Source: Acidobacteriota bacterium (lineage in GTDB: Bacteria; Acidobacteriota; Vicinamibacteria; Vicinamibacterales; UBA8438). From it: a stretch of DNA of 64,000 nucleotides. A program made the translations under genes and the position numbers. Under the pieces are notes generated by a model that saw nothing but the letters and a program-made list of their open reading frames with translations, ran no database searches and was not told the origin of the DNA. The stretch lies in assembly GCA_011523845.1 (NCBI GenBank), contig WTFV01000011.1, forward strand, positions 68,871-132,870. Direction: 5' to 3'. This document shows positions 25,720-35,570 of the stretch, piece after piece (position 1 is the stretch's first letter; every line of letters starts with the position of its first letter).

Positions 25720-28223
25720 CAGGTCTCTATCTCGACCGGCACACCGATCTGGTTCGCGACTTCCGTCCGGAGATCCACGTCGACGTCCGGCGCCTTGATG
25801 CTGACGACGAGCGCGTATCGCGCGGTTTGGTCGTATCTCTCGAGGGCTTGGCGGGTCTTCCACCAACCTACCGCAGGGTAGACGGCGAGGCTCCCCCGGC
25901 TCGCGAGATCCGCCGCGCTGCCGCGCCAGATGTCCGCATGCAGTGAACCTCTGTGGCGAGTCTGCTTCCCAATCAACCACTCGGGATCGCTGCCCTGCGC
26001 GCGATGCGTTCCTTCTTCCTCGTCTCGCGCCGCTACGTTGATCCTGCTGCGAAACTCGTCGACCGACTCGAGGGGTCGCTTCACGTCGAAGCGGAGACCG
26101 TGGGACTCGTATCGGTACCGGGAACGGACCCCGCGCCGCGACGGGTTCGGCTCGATGAAGTAGGACAGCGTGACCCGCATCTCGACCTGCGTATCGCCCA
26201 GGCCCTCCAACTCATCGCGTGGCCAGGGCAGGTTGTAGAGATGCATGTCCCGAAGCGTGGGCGACTTCGATCCCTCGCGCTGGAATGGATGCAGACGCTC
26301 CTCGATCACCATCGTCAACGAGTTGTCGACACTCCAGAGCGCGCGATCGAGATCCGGCACGCCGAACCCGCAACGCTGGACCAGACGTCGGTAGTCCGTC
26401 TTCGTGGCCGCGCGGGTTGTGGGCAACGAGGCACGTCGCATGGCCTCGGTCCACTCCGCCGAATGCACGATGAGGGCACGGACAGTCTCCGGCCACAACG
26501 TCGGATAGACGACCATGATTCGAGCCGCGAGCCGCGCAGCCAGCGCCATCGCAGCACTCGTTGCGGTAGCAGTAGTGAAGATCCGTTCGTTGGGTCGATG
26601 ATGCGCTGTCAAGAGGCTGAGGCTGTCGGCCGTAACCGCGGAGAGCCCGTCCTTCGCCGCATTGCCGCCCTCAAGCACGATGTCCGGCTTCAGGCGCCAG
26701 TACTTCTCCCATGACAGTGAGGTCGTGCTGAACGGACTCAGACCGCCCCGCGGAGCAACGGGCGTGTAGTCGTCGGTGTCAGACTCCGTAATTCGCACCA
26801 GCTCCGTACAAGCACCCACCGCCAGCGCGTTCCATGCCTGCGCTGGATCGTGCACGCCATCGGTGTCGTTGGAATACGGGTAGTTGAACCACGCGTTGGG
26901 ATCCTGGATGTTCCCGGCCGACAGTACCAGCAGACGCGGGTGCTCACCAGCTCCGTCGACATCGGCCGCAAGTGCGTCCACGGCTGCCGACCACGCGGAC
27001 GGGCGGCCCCGGTCGCGGTCGTCGGGAGTCGTGACGGCCATGCCGAACACTCGAGGCCTCCTCGGAGCCGCGATTTCCGGACGGGCCACCGCCTCTCCCG
27101 TCACGTAACCATGGTGCCGCGAGTCTCCGTCGCCGCCGGGCCCGGGCAGCAGCTTCACCGATTCCAAACGGTGATCGAGCGCCACCGGGTCGGTGCCTTC
27201 AACAAGCGGCGTCAGATCGCCGGCGAGCGCCACGCCGGCCATCTGGGTCCCGTGGCCGTGCGCATCGTCGGGGCCCCAGCCGGGCTCGACGGTGTGCTGA
27301 TCGGCCGGCTCGAGTGCCGGGCTCAAGAACGGATGTCCCCGGTTGACGCCCGTGTCAAGGAGACAGACGCGCGGAACCTCATCCGTGTCGGCTGGGAATT
27401 GAGTCCGTGCAAGCAACTCGTCAAGCCATTCCTGCTGCTCTTCCGGCGGTAGGGAGCCAAAGAAATCAGCGGTCTCCTTGGCTCGCCGAAGCTCCGCGAT
27501 GCTGTTGAGCGTCAGCATCGAGTGCTCCATCTGTTCCAGTGAAGCCGACACCAACACCACCGTCCGCTCAGGAAACACCAACTCGCCAGGCGCAAGCCGC
27601 ATCCCCTGCGCTTCGGCTCGCTTCCGAAAGGACGCGATGATTGTCCGTCGATCCCTCCGGACCGGGAGCCAAACTTCCCACCAGAGTGCGCCTTCATCCC
27701 CCGTCGGGAACTCCGTCGCCGTGTCGGTCCAGAGGGCACGCAGGCTCGCCGCGCGAATCTCGCGAATCGCATCGACGAGTTTCCTGTTGTCGCGTACGCG
27801 TCCGATGCGATCCCGCCTCTCCTCCAGGTAGTCCCGGATGAGCCGCTCGAAGTGATCGAGCCTTCCGTCGGGCACGAAGACTGTCGCGAGCGTTCGATCA
27901 CGCTCCTGCCGGACGTTCAGCAGCTCCATTCCGGACCGCTCGCGCGCCAGGCTCTCGAAGGCCAACTCGATGTCAGGAAAGCTCTCGAACTCGATCCGCA
28001 ACCCCAACTCGTCCAGGCCGGCAGCCTGCTGAGCGTCTCGGGCGGCGTCAGCCTGCGGCCGCAACGCTTCGAACTGTCGCTGCAGTGCTCGGGCGTGGCG
28101 GGCGCGGTGGCGCTCAGGTACGACAGCGGAAGCTCCGAACTGCTGTGGCGACCTATACGGCTGCGTTTCTGCGAAGCCTTCGATGATGAAGTGTCGACTT
28201 CTTCGGTCCGTCCCGTTCGCCAT
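25719..28223 (-). CDS. ietS: S8 subtilase-family serine peptidase (IetS-like)
   Basis: 834 aa. Catalytic-type motifs CLLDTGV (Asp), HGHGTQMAG (His), LSAGN (Asn), ATATSAAMA (Ser). There is a long N-terminal non-protease region. The stop overlaps the helicase ATG (ATGA at 25717-25721). Confidence 0.8.
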   Translation of the reverse strand: MANGTDRRSRHFIIEGFAETQPYRSPQQFGASAVVPERHRARHARALQRQFEALRPQADAARDAQQAAGLDELGLRIEFESFPDIELAFESLARERSGMELLNVRQERDRTLATVFVPDGRLDHFERLIRDYLEERRDRIGRVRDNRKLVDAIREIRAASLRALWTDTATEFPTGDEGALWWEVWLPVRRDRRTIIASFRKRAEAQGMRLAPGELVFPERTVVLVSASLEQMEHSMLTLNSIAELRRAKETADFFGSLPPEEQQEWLDELLARTQFPADTDEVPRVCLLDTGVNRGHPFLSPALEPADQHTVEPGWGPDDAHGHGTQMAGVALAGDLTPLVEGTDPVALDHRLESVKLLPGPGGDGDSRHHGYVTGEAVARPEIAAPRRPRVFGMAVTTPDDRDRGRPSAWSAAVDALAADVDGAGEHPRLLVLSAGNIQDPNAWFNYPYSNDTDGVHDPAQAWNALAVGACTELVRITESDTDDYTPVAPRGGLSPFSTTSLSWEKYWRLKPDIVLEGGNAAKDGLSAVTADSLSLLTAHHRPNERIFTTATATSAAMALAARLAARIMVVYPTLWPETVRALIVHSAEWTEAMRRASLPTTRAATKTDYRRLVQRCGFGVPDLDRALWSVDNSLTMVIEERLHPFQREGSKSPTLRDMHLYNLPWPRDELEGLGDTQVEMRVTLSYFIEPNPSRRGVRSRYRYESHGLRFDVKRPLESVDEFRSRINVAARDEEEGTHRAQGSDPEWLIGKQTRHRGSLHADIWRGSAADLASRGSLAVYPAVGWWKTRQALERYDQTARYALVVSIKAPDVDVDLRTEVANQIGVPVEIET

Positions 28224-28237
28224 GCTGCGCCTTGCCG

Positions 28238-29227
28238 CTACACTCCTCTCGCAGCCAGCTTATCGGCGATGGTCTGGCGCTCCTTCAGCATCGTCCGGAT
28301 ATCCGCTTCGCGAACCAGAGACCGATCGTGAATCAACGCATCCTTCAGCACCTCGTCGGCGGCGCGAACGACCTCCGCGTAGCTCAGGCCCGCCGCGAGG
28401 TTGGCGAGGCTGCGCCAGCGGATCCGCTTCACGGCCTGTGAGGCGAGCCGTGCCCTCAGAACCTGCACAATCTGCGTCCTGTCGGGCAACTCGTAGTGCA
28501 GGATGTCGTCGAAGCGACGGAAGAGCGCGGGATCGAGAATGCCTGGATGGTTGGTCGCGGCAATGACGAGGCTGTGGGAGCGATCCTGCTCGATCATCTG
28601 GAGAAAACTGTTGAGGACACGTCGGATCTCGCCGACGTCGTTCGCGAGCCCACGCTGCGAGCCAATCGCGTCGAACTCGTCGAAGAAGTACACCCCCCGC
28701 GTGCGTCCCGTCGCCTCGAAGATCTGCCGCAGCTTGGCCGCCGTCTCTCCCATGTACTTGGTGATCAACCCATCGAGGCGGACCTGAAGAAGCGGAAGCC
28801 CCAGCTCTCCAGCCAGTACCGACGCGGTCAGCGTCTTGCCGGTTCCGGGTGGCCCCGTCAACAACAACTTGCGCCGCGGCGCGAGACCTCGCTCCAGGAT
28901 GCGCCCGGCGTGGCGCTGCTCCCGAATCACGCGCCGAATCTGGTCCCGGAGCTCCTCTCCCAGCACCATCTGTCCCAGTCGTGCGCCCGGATAGGACGCT
29001 TCCAGCAGATTCGCCAGCTCGCCGCGCGGCCGCCCGATCGGAACCGGCGCTCCGGCCCCCGTTTGGCTCTTGGCGCGATCGATCAGCGTGCGCAGCTCCT
29101 CGGCTAGTCTGCCATGCCCGAGCCTCGCCTCGTGGGCGGCCACCTGCATGGCGACGGAGAAGAAGCGGTCGTCATCGCCCTCCGCGTGCGACTTCAGCAG
29201 CGCCTTGAGCTGTTCACCGCTGGCCAT
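28238..29227 (-). CDS. ietA: AAA+ ATPase (IetA-like)
   Basis: Walker A GPPGTGKT, Walker B VYFFDEFD, sensor VIAATN, PALFRRFD. The ATG at 29227 has GGGAGA 7 nt upstream, so the track start at 29242 is less likely. 14-nt gap to the peptidase gene. Confidence 0.8.
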   Translation of the reverse strand: MASGEQLKALLKSHAEGDDDRFFSVAMQVAAHEARLGHGRLAEELRTLIDRAKSQTGAGAPVPIGRPRGELANLLEASYPGARLGQMVLGEELRDQIRRVIREQRHAGRILERGLAPRRKLLLTGPPGTGKTLTASVLAGELGLPLLQVRLDGLITKYMGETAAKLRQIFEATGRTRGVYFFDEFDAIGSQRGLANDVGEIRRVLNSFLQMIEQDRSHSLVIAATNHPGILDPALFRRFDDILHYELPDRTQIVQVLRARLASQAVKRIRWRSLANLAAGLSYAEVVRAADEVLKDALIHDRSLVREADIRTMLKERQTIADKLAARGV

Positions 29228-29258
29228 CAAGCATTCTCCCACGTGGGTTCGCGGCGAT

Positions 29259-32078
29259 TCACACCCGGAACACCTTCATCACCTCGTCGCCGAGGTGGTT
29301 GATGACCTTGACGGCGATGCGGCCCGACGCGGGGCGGTCGAACGGGCGCGAGAGGTCGCTGTGGAGCGACGCCCACGCGTCGGCGTCGATCTCGGCCTTC
29401 AGCGTCGTCTTCAGCGCCTTGTAGGGGTCGTTCGCGCCGAGGAAGTAGGCCTGCCGGACGAAGAAGCTCTCCTCGTTGTAGTCGGTGTCGACGAACCAGC
29501 AGGCGATGCCGTCGGCGCCGTCGCTGCGGACCTCGCCGGTGGTCGGGTGGAAGACGTCCACGCCGTTGATCCGCACCTGGATCCGCGTGCCGCCGTCGCC
29601 TTCGCCGCCAACCGGAAGGATGTCGATGTCCGGCTCGCCGAAGATGACGAACAGGTTGCCCTTGCCGGTGTTCTTCAGCTCGTCCGCCATGTGGAGGTCG
29701 GCGTTCATGCGCGCCTTCAGGACCGGGATGCGGCCGAGGCGGTTGAACTCCGACGCGTGCGCTTCGTAGTTGAACGCGCAGGCGATCAGGACGTCGAAGC
29801 CGGCGTCGCCCGCCTCGCGCGCGGCCGCCACCAGGTCCGGACGGGCCACGGTGCCGAACTCGGGGCCGACGAAGATCCCGGCGCGCTTGTCCGGGCCGGC
29901 ATCCCCATCGCCTTCGCGGTAGCGTCCCTCCGCGCAGATGTACTCGCCCGGCCAGGGCGTAACGGCGGCGAAGGCGATGCGATCCTCCTTGTGCACCTGC
30001 TGCACGCCGGCAGTCGCGAGCTGCTCCAGGATCATGGTCGCGAAGTCCTGTTGCGGCCCGTAGTCGGCCCTCGGCTCGGCGGCGCGGTCGATGAGCTCGT
30101 CGTCCTCGTCGACCGCCAGCACGCGATGCGGCGACAGGCTCTCCACCGTGAACGGTCCCGCCACCCGGACCTTCCGGTTGTCCTCGTAGGGCTTGTCGTA
30201 GAGGTACTCGTAGTCGGCCCGGGCCGCGATGGAAGCGTCGATCTCCTGTTGCCGGGCGATGCGCGCCTCCCACCACAGTCGATGCGTCTCGGCCGCCTCC
30301 GCCGGCCAGTCCTCGGACGCCTCGCGGGGAACCTGCCACTCCTCCCAGTCGGCATCGAGCCGGGCGTTCAGGTCGTCGCGCAACGGCTCCAGCGTCTCCT
30401 GCCAGCGCTCCCAGATGCCGTCGATCTCCGCGTTGTTGGCGATCGACTTGAGCGTGATGTGCGGGACACACTCGTAGACGAACCCCTGCCGGACGTCGCC
30501 GCGCGTCGGAGCGTCCGATGGCGCCTTTCGCGTGATCTCGGCCTCCTTGCGCTGCCCTTCCGGACTGTCAGCGAGAAGGTAGTACGGGTAGCGCGCGCCC
30601 ATGATGCGGGCACGGGCGAGGGCCAGCGCTACTCGGGAGGTGTCGATGGTGATCCAGCGGCGACCCCATTGCTCGGCGACGTATGCTGTGGTCCCGGACC
30701 CACAGGTCGGATCAAGTACCAGATCCCCGGGGTCGGTTGTCATGAGGATGCAGCGTTCAGCAACCGAACGGTTAGTCTGAACAACATACACCTTGGGGTC
30801 ATCAAATCCGGACGTAGTTGTGTCAGTCCACAAATTGGAGTAAGGAAAAATGCGGAAATCATCCAAGAACCTAACATAACGAAGTGTGTTTCCAATGAAG
30901 ATCATGCGCTTTGCGCAGGCGAGCCTCTGCAGTCCAGCCGCATCAGTCTTGAAAGTACCCTTATTGACGCCGAATGACTTTCCTTCGTAAGTGAACTCCC
31001 GAACATCCCCGCCCTGCGCCGGCCTCTGACTGGTAATGTTGTCGTGCGAGAAAATCCTGAGAGCCTTTGGATCTACGCCAGACCCTATCCATTCTGATGT
31101 GGTGCGCCTTTCACCACTTGCGTTCTCTCCGAACGAATACTGACTCGCACCAGCGGTACCAGGTTCTTTGAGCTGAAAAATCGGCCGGTACTTAGGAGCT
31201 TCAGACTTACTAAACCACAATAGAAGATCAAAAACACCTGATAGAGAGTCTGATGAGGTCGACGATGTCTTCTGGAACGCAATCTCGGCAATGAACCGCC
31301 CATCCCCGAACACCTCATCCATCAACGCCCGCACGCGGTGCACATTCTCATCCCCGATCTGCACGAAGATCGAACCGCTCTCCGCCAGCAGCTCGCGTGC
31401 CACAACCAACCGGTCCCGCAGATACGTCAGATACGAGTGAATCCCGTCGCGCCAGGTATCCCGGAACGCCCGGACCTGTTCCGGCTCCCGGCTGATGTGC
31501 TCCGCCTTGCCGTCCTTCACGTCGCGACTGGTCGTCGACCACTGGAAGTTCGAGTTGAACTTGATGCCGTAGGGCGGGTCCAGGTAGATACACTGCACCT
31601 TGCCGCGCAACCCTTCGCGCTCGGCGAGGGACGCCATCACCTGCAGGCTGTCGCCGAGGATCATCCGGTTCGACCAGTTGGCGTCGTGCTGGTAGAACTC
31701 GGTCCGGGCGTTATCGCTCGGCAGCCCGTTGAAGTCGGCGAACAGATCCGGCTGGGCCTCCGCGCCGTCACCGCCCTGCCCGGCCCGTCCGTTCCTGCGC
31801 TGCCGGCGGAGGTCGTCGACGAGCACCTTCGGGTGGACCTTCTCCTGGATGAACAGAGGCGGCGCCTGCACGACGAGGTCGGACCAGTCCTGCGCGTCCT
31901 TGCCGCGCCAGACGAGCTGTGGATCAAGGTCGCGGTTGCGGCGCTCATAGGCGACCTGGACGGGGCTCTGCTCGGCGCGTTCCATCACGGACCGGAATTC
32001 GGCCGTGGGGATGTTCTTGCGCGACGCCTCCTGGTGCCTGAACGTCTCGACGGCCTTCCTGGATCGGTTCTTCGGCAT
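29259..32078 (-). CDS. mod: Type III-like DNA methyltransferase (Mod), beta-class N6A/N4C
   Basis: Start MPKNRSRK at 32078. Motif IV IYLDPPYG lies upstream of motif I DPTCGSGTT (beta-class order), with a low-GC presumed target-recognition region between them. Long C-terminal domain. Confidence 0.85.
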   Translation of the reverse strand: MPKNRSRKAVETFRHQEASRKNIPTAEFRSVMERAEQSPVQVAYERRNRDLDPQLVWRGKDAQDWSDLVVQAPPLFIQEKVHPKVLVDDLRRQRRNGRAGQGGDGAEAQPDLFADFNGLPSDNARTEFYQHDANWSNRMILGDSLQVMASLAEREGLRGKVQCIYLDPPYGIKFNSNFQWSTTSRDVKDGKAEHISREPEQVRAFRDTWRDGIHSYLTYLRDRLVVARELLAESGSIFVQIGDENVHRVRALMDEVFGDGRFIAEIAFQKTSSTSSDSLSGVFDLLLWFSKSEAPKYRPIFQLKEPGTAGASQYSFGENASGERRTTSEWIGSGVDPKALRIFSHDNITSQRPAQGGDVREFTYEGKSFGVNKGTFKTDAAGLQRLACAKRMIFIGNTLRYVRFLDDFRIFPYSNLWTDTTTSGFDDPKVYVVQTNRSVAERCILMTTDPGDLVLDPTCGSGTTAYVAEQWGRRWITIDTSRVALALARARIMGARYPYYLLADSPEGQRKEAEITRKAPSDAPTRGDVRQGFVYECVPHITLKSIANNAEIDGIWERWQETLEPLRDDLNARLDADWEEWQVPREASEDWPAEAAETHRLWWEARIARQQEIDASIAARADYEYLYDKPYEDNRKVRVAGPFTVESLSPHRVLAVDEDDELIDRAAEPRADYGPQQDFATMILEQLATAGVQQVHKEDRIAFAAVTPWPGEYICAEGRYREGDGDAGPDKRAGIFVGPEFGTVARPDLVAAAREAGDAGFDVLIACAFNYEAHASEFNRLGRIPVLKARMNADLHMADELKNTGKGNLFVIFGEPDIDILPVGGEGDGGTRIQVRINGVDVFHPTTGEVRSDGADGIACWFVDTDYNEESFFVRQAYFLGANDPYKALKTTLKAEIDADAWASLHSDLSRPFDRPASGRIAVKVINHLGDEVMKVFRV

Positions 32079-32098
32079 GGGACACACCCGCGGTCGGC

Positions 32099-32314
32099 TC
32101 ACCCGGCCTTGTACGACGCCACTGGCAAGGCTCGGGTCTCGAGCGTAGCCAGATCGAGCTTCCTCGAAGCGTGGTCTATATCGAAACCGACCGGATTGCC
32201 GTCGGCGTCGAGGTCGACGTTGAGTCCGGTCACAACCTCGCGGGCTTCCACGCCTGGGCCGGCTCTCAGTTCCACGTACAGGCTGTCGGTGTCCGGGTAG
32301 TAGTGGAGCTTCAT
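32099..32314 (-). CDS. DUF2283-like small protein
   Basis: MKLHYYPDTDSLYVELRAGPG...VGFDIDHAS. An alternative upstream ATG at 32389 overlaps the res stop (ATGA) and would add 25 aa. Confidence 0.6.
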   Translation of the reverse strand: MKLHYYPDTDSLYVELRAGPGVEAREVVTGLNVDLDADGNPVGFDIDHASRKLDLATLETRALPVASYKAG

Positions 32315-32385
32315 GACGAGTCCCTTCCAAAACCCGCAGTCGAAGAAGGCATCGTGGATTGTCTCACCGTCGGCCAGCGTCACGG

Positions 32386-35300
32386 TCATCGTGTCACCCG
32401 CTCGACCAACGCCTGGAACTGCGCCCTCAGCGCGCCCTCGAAGTCCTCCTCCATCGTGTAGACGTCGGTCAGCTCGGCGAAGGCCCAACGGCCGTAGGCG
32501 CCGAGGTTGTTGACGCCGGGGACCCAGTAGGTGTCCATCGTCGTCTTCTTGTCCTTGGCGTCCTCGCCCCGGTAGCCCTTCACCTCGACCACGAGGCGGA
32601 GCAGGTCCTCGTCGCCGCGGCCGTCGTCGACGAGCACGACGAAATCGGGGAGGTAGCGGCGCGTCCGGGAACCGTAGCGGTAGGGCACCTCGAGGCCGAG
32701 GGCGTGGTTCTTGACGTAGGCGCGCACCCGCGGATGCGATTCGACCACGAGGCAGAACTGGGCCTCCCAGTCGCTGTCGCACACGACCCAGTTGACGTGG
32801 CAGCGGCCGGGGTCGGTCTCCCAGCGGAGCTTCTTCGAGGTCGTGAAGCGCACGTGGAGCGTCGAGCCGACGGGGTTGTAGGGGTCCAGCATGGCCTTGA
32901 TCGGACGCTCGCCCAGCAGATTGGAGACGATCCCGGCCGTGATACGTTCGCACGCCATGTCGGCCAGCTCCTGGTACATGAGCTGGGCCGGATACGTCCC
33001 GCCCTTGCAGTCGAGATGACCGTCGAGCCACTGGCGCGTGATCCGCTTGAGCTGGCCGAACAGGTGCAGCTTCGGCTCCTCGCCGGGATCCCGCCACCTG
33101 GTCTCCAGCAGCCGCTTCGTCAGATGAAAGAGCAGGGTCGACTTCCGCAGGTCGCGGGTGTGAATCAGGTTCAGATCGACCCCTTCACCGATGATGCCCT
33201 CGACGCGCGTGATGGACGGCCCGACCAGCGCGGGGGTGAGCTCCAGCGTCGAGTCGTCGTTGAAGCGGGCGGTCAGGCGCTCTTCGGGGAGCTCGACGCG
33301 GTAGCCCGCCACCCGCGGGAAACGGATCTCGCAGGCGTCGCGTTCCGGCGTGATCGCCCGCACCAGCACCGTCTCCCGCGGCGGCGGCGGCTTGACCGGC
33401 ACCGGCTTGGCGGTGAAGTCGAACGGGATGCCGAGCACGTCGGCGTACTCGACGTCGAAGAGGCCGTCCTCGTTCGGGTCGTAGGACTGGCGGCGCAGCG
33501 CGCGCCCGACGACCTGCTCGCAGAGGAGCTGCGTCCCGAAGGCGCGGACGCCCAGGATGTGGGTGACGGTGCGGGCGTCCCAGCCCTCGGTCAGCATCGA
33601 GACGGAGACGACGCAGCGGACCGATCCGCCGAGGGTGTCCGGCTTGCCGACCGTGTTCATCACCTCGCGGAGCAGATCCTGGTCCGACAGGTGCTCGGCC
33701 TGCTTGCGGTCACCCGTCCGGGCGACGATCTCCCGCCGGAAGCGCTCGATCTCGTCGCCGGCCGCGGCGCGGAAGTTCTTGTCGAGCGCCTCGCCCGAGT
33801 CGAGCTGCTCGCTGTCGATGAGCAGCGTGCGGGGACGGGGGTGCGGGTTGCCGTGCTCGTCGAAGTTGCGAAACAGCTTCAGGCGTCCGTTGACCAGCGT
33901 CGTGGCGCCGTACTCGTTCTCGCGGAAGAAGCCGGAGACGAAGTCGTAGACGAGCTTCGAGGTCGAGGTGTTGTTGCAGACGATGATGAAGCAGGGCGGC
34001 ACGGCGATGCCGGCCTTCTCCCACAGCTCGAACGTCTGCTCGTAGTGGCCGTAGAGCGCCTGGAGCGCGGTCTGCAACTCCACCGGCAGGCTGAGCGGGT
34101 CGAGTCCGCCCGCCTTGCCGCGGCCCCGCTTCGGCATCTTCGGGCGGATGTGCTCCCACAGGTTCCGGAACTTCGGCATCTCGCCGCCGGGGATGTTGTC
34201 GGCCACCGGCACGCGCGGCAGCTTCACGATGCCGCACTCGATGGCGTCCATCAGCGAGAAGTCGCTCGCCGTCCAGGGGAACAGCGTCCCCTCCGCGTAG
34301 CCGGAGCCGCGCAGGAAGAAGGGCGTGGCCGAGAGATCGATCACGCGCTGCAGGCCAAGCTTCCGCTGCACCGCCTCGAGCCCGGAGATCCAGACCCGCG
34401 CCGCCTCGCGGTTCCGCTCGGCCTCCTTGCGGTCGTCGCCCTTGAGCGGGCCTTCTTCGTCCTCCCCGGCCGGCTTCTCGCGGTAGCAGTGGTGCGCCTC
34501 GTCGTTCAGGGCCAGGATGCGCTTCATGCCCATCAGGCCCGGCATGACGCGCTGCAGCATCTGCCCTTCGGTCTCCTTCGTCCGCAGCTCGGGCCCGGGC
34601 CCCTGCAGCAGGGCGCGACCGCCCTTCGACAGTTCCAGCGTCTCGCGCCGCAGGAACGCGTGGTAGTTGGTGACGACGATCTTCGCCCGCTCCAGGTCGC
34701 GGAGCATGTCGTTCGGCACCAGCTCGCGGCTCGCGTAGTAGCTGTCCGGATCGTTGGGCTGGAGCACCCGCAACCGGTCGCGGATCGTCACGCCGGGGGT
34801 CACCACCAGGAAGCCGCGCGTGAACCGCCGGCTGCCCGGCCGGCGCACCGCGTTGATCGTCTGCCAGGCGATGATCATCGCCATGACGGTGGTCTTGCCG
34901 GCGCCGGTGGCGAGCTTCAGCGCCAGCCGCGCGAGGCCGGGATTGGCCCCTTCGCTGGCGGCGTCGATCTGATCGAGAAACCGGCGGCCCTCCTTGCCGA
35001 GGCTCGGCGCCACCTCGGTCAGCCAGATCGCGGTCTCCACCGCCTCGACCTGGCAGAAGAACGGCCGGATGTCGCCGAACCGATGGCTGCGCCAGTGGGT
35101 CAGGAGCCGTGCGGTCTCCGGCGTCACGCTCCAGGCGTTCGGATCCGGCAGCTCGCGCCAGCGATCCACATGGTGGCGGACGCCGCCGATGAACGCCGTC
35201 AGGTCGTACTGCTGCGCCTCGGTCCCGAGCGCCTGCGCGGCCGCGTCGAAGAGGATCTCCTCCTGCTGGATGCCCTTCTGCTTCTTCGGCTTCGGGATCG

Positions 35301-35442
35301 GCGTGATGAAGGCGACCTTGCGGCGCTCGGAGAGGATCCGGTTCGTCGGCTGGCCGCTCGGGTCGAGCTCCCAGTGGCGGGACGGGTACTCGTACGGCGA
35401 GTTCAGGATCGGTTGCTCGAAGAATGCAGCCGTCGTCGCCAT
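32386..35442 (-). CDS. res: Type III restriction enzyme Res subunit (SF2 helicase-nuclease)
   Basis: 1018 aa. MATTAAFFEQPILNSPYEYP. Motif I KLATGAGKT, motif II ALNDEAHHC, SVSMLTEGWD, QVVGRALRR. The C-terminal region has endonuclease-like EVKG. Confidence 0.85.
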   Translation of the reverse strand: MATTAAFFEQPILNSPYEYPSRHWELDPSGQPTNRILSERRKVAFITPIPKPKKQKGIQQEEILFDAAAQALGTEAQQYDLTAFIGGVRHHVDRWRELPDPNAWSVTPETARLLTHWRSHRFGDIRPFFCQVEAVETAIWLTEVAPSLGKEGRRFLDQIDAASEGANPGLARLALKLATGAGKTTVMAMIIAWQTINAVRRPGSRRFTRGFLVVTPGVTIRDRLRVLQPNDPDSYYASRELVPNDMLRDLERAKIVVTNYHAFLRRETLELSKGGRALLQGPGPELRTKETEGQMLQRVMPGLMGMKRILALNDEAHHCYREKPAGEDEEGPLKGDDRKEAERNREAARVWISGLEAVQRKLGLQRVIDLSATPFFLRGSGYAEGTLFPWTASDFSLMDAIECGIVKLPRVPVADNIPGGEMPKFRNLWEHIRPKMPKRGRGKAGGLDPLSLPVELQTALQALYGHYEQTFELWEKAGIAVPPCFIIVCNNTSTSKLVYDFVSGFFRENEYGATTLVNGRLKLFRNFDEHGNPHPRPRTLLIDSEQLDSGEALDKNFRAAAGDEIERFRREIVARTGDRKQAEHLSDQDLLREVMNTVGKPDTLGGSVRCVVSVSMLTEGWDARTVTHILGVRAFGTQLLCEQVVGRALRRQSYDPNEDGLFDVEYADVLGIPFDFTAKPVPVKPPPPRETVLVRAITPERDACEIRFPRVAGYRVELPEERLTARFNDDSTLELTPALVGPSITRVEGIIGEGVDLNLIHTRDLRKSTLLFHLTKRLLETRWRDPGEEPKLHLFGQLKRITRQWLDGHLDCKGGTYPAQLMYQELADMACERITAGIVSNLLGERPIKAMLDPYNPVGSTLHVRFTTSKKLRWETDPGRCHVNWVVCDSDWEAQFCLVVESHPRVRAYVKNHALGLEVPYRYGSRTRRYLPDFVVLVDDGRGDEDLLRLVVEVKGYRGEDAKDKKTTMDTYWVPGVNNLGAYGRWAFAELTDVYTMEEDFEGALRAQFQALVERVTR

Positions 35443-35566
35443 GGCCGGTCGAAGTCTAGCGCACGCGCCAGGAATCCCGTGCGACGGTGGACACGGTGGG
35501 GCTTGCCGCGGGAACCGAAGCGTCGTGATCCGTCGGAGCTACCACCAATGAAGAGGTACAGGCCCA
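35428..35566. repeat. Copy 2 of res-5'-end / higB-tail junction segment
   Basis: Aligns with 21192-21386 but has an internal deletion. Ends at ACAGGCCCA, exactly where higA would start. Confidence 0.8.
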
Positions 35567-35570
35567 CCCT

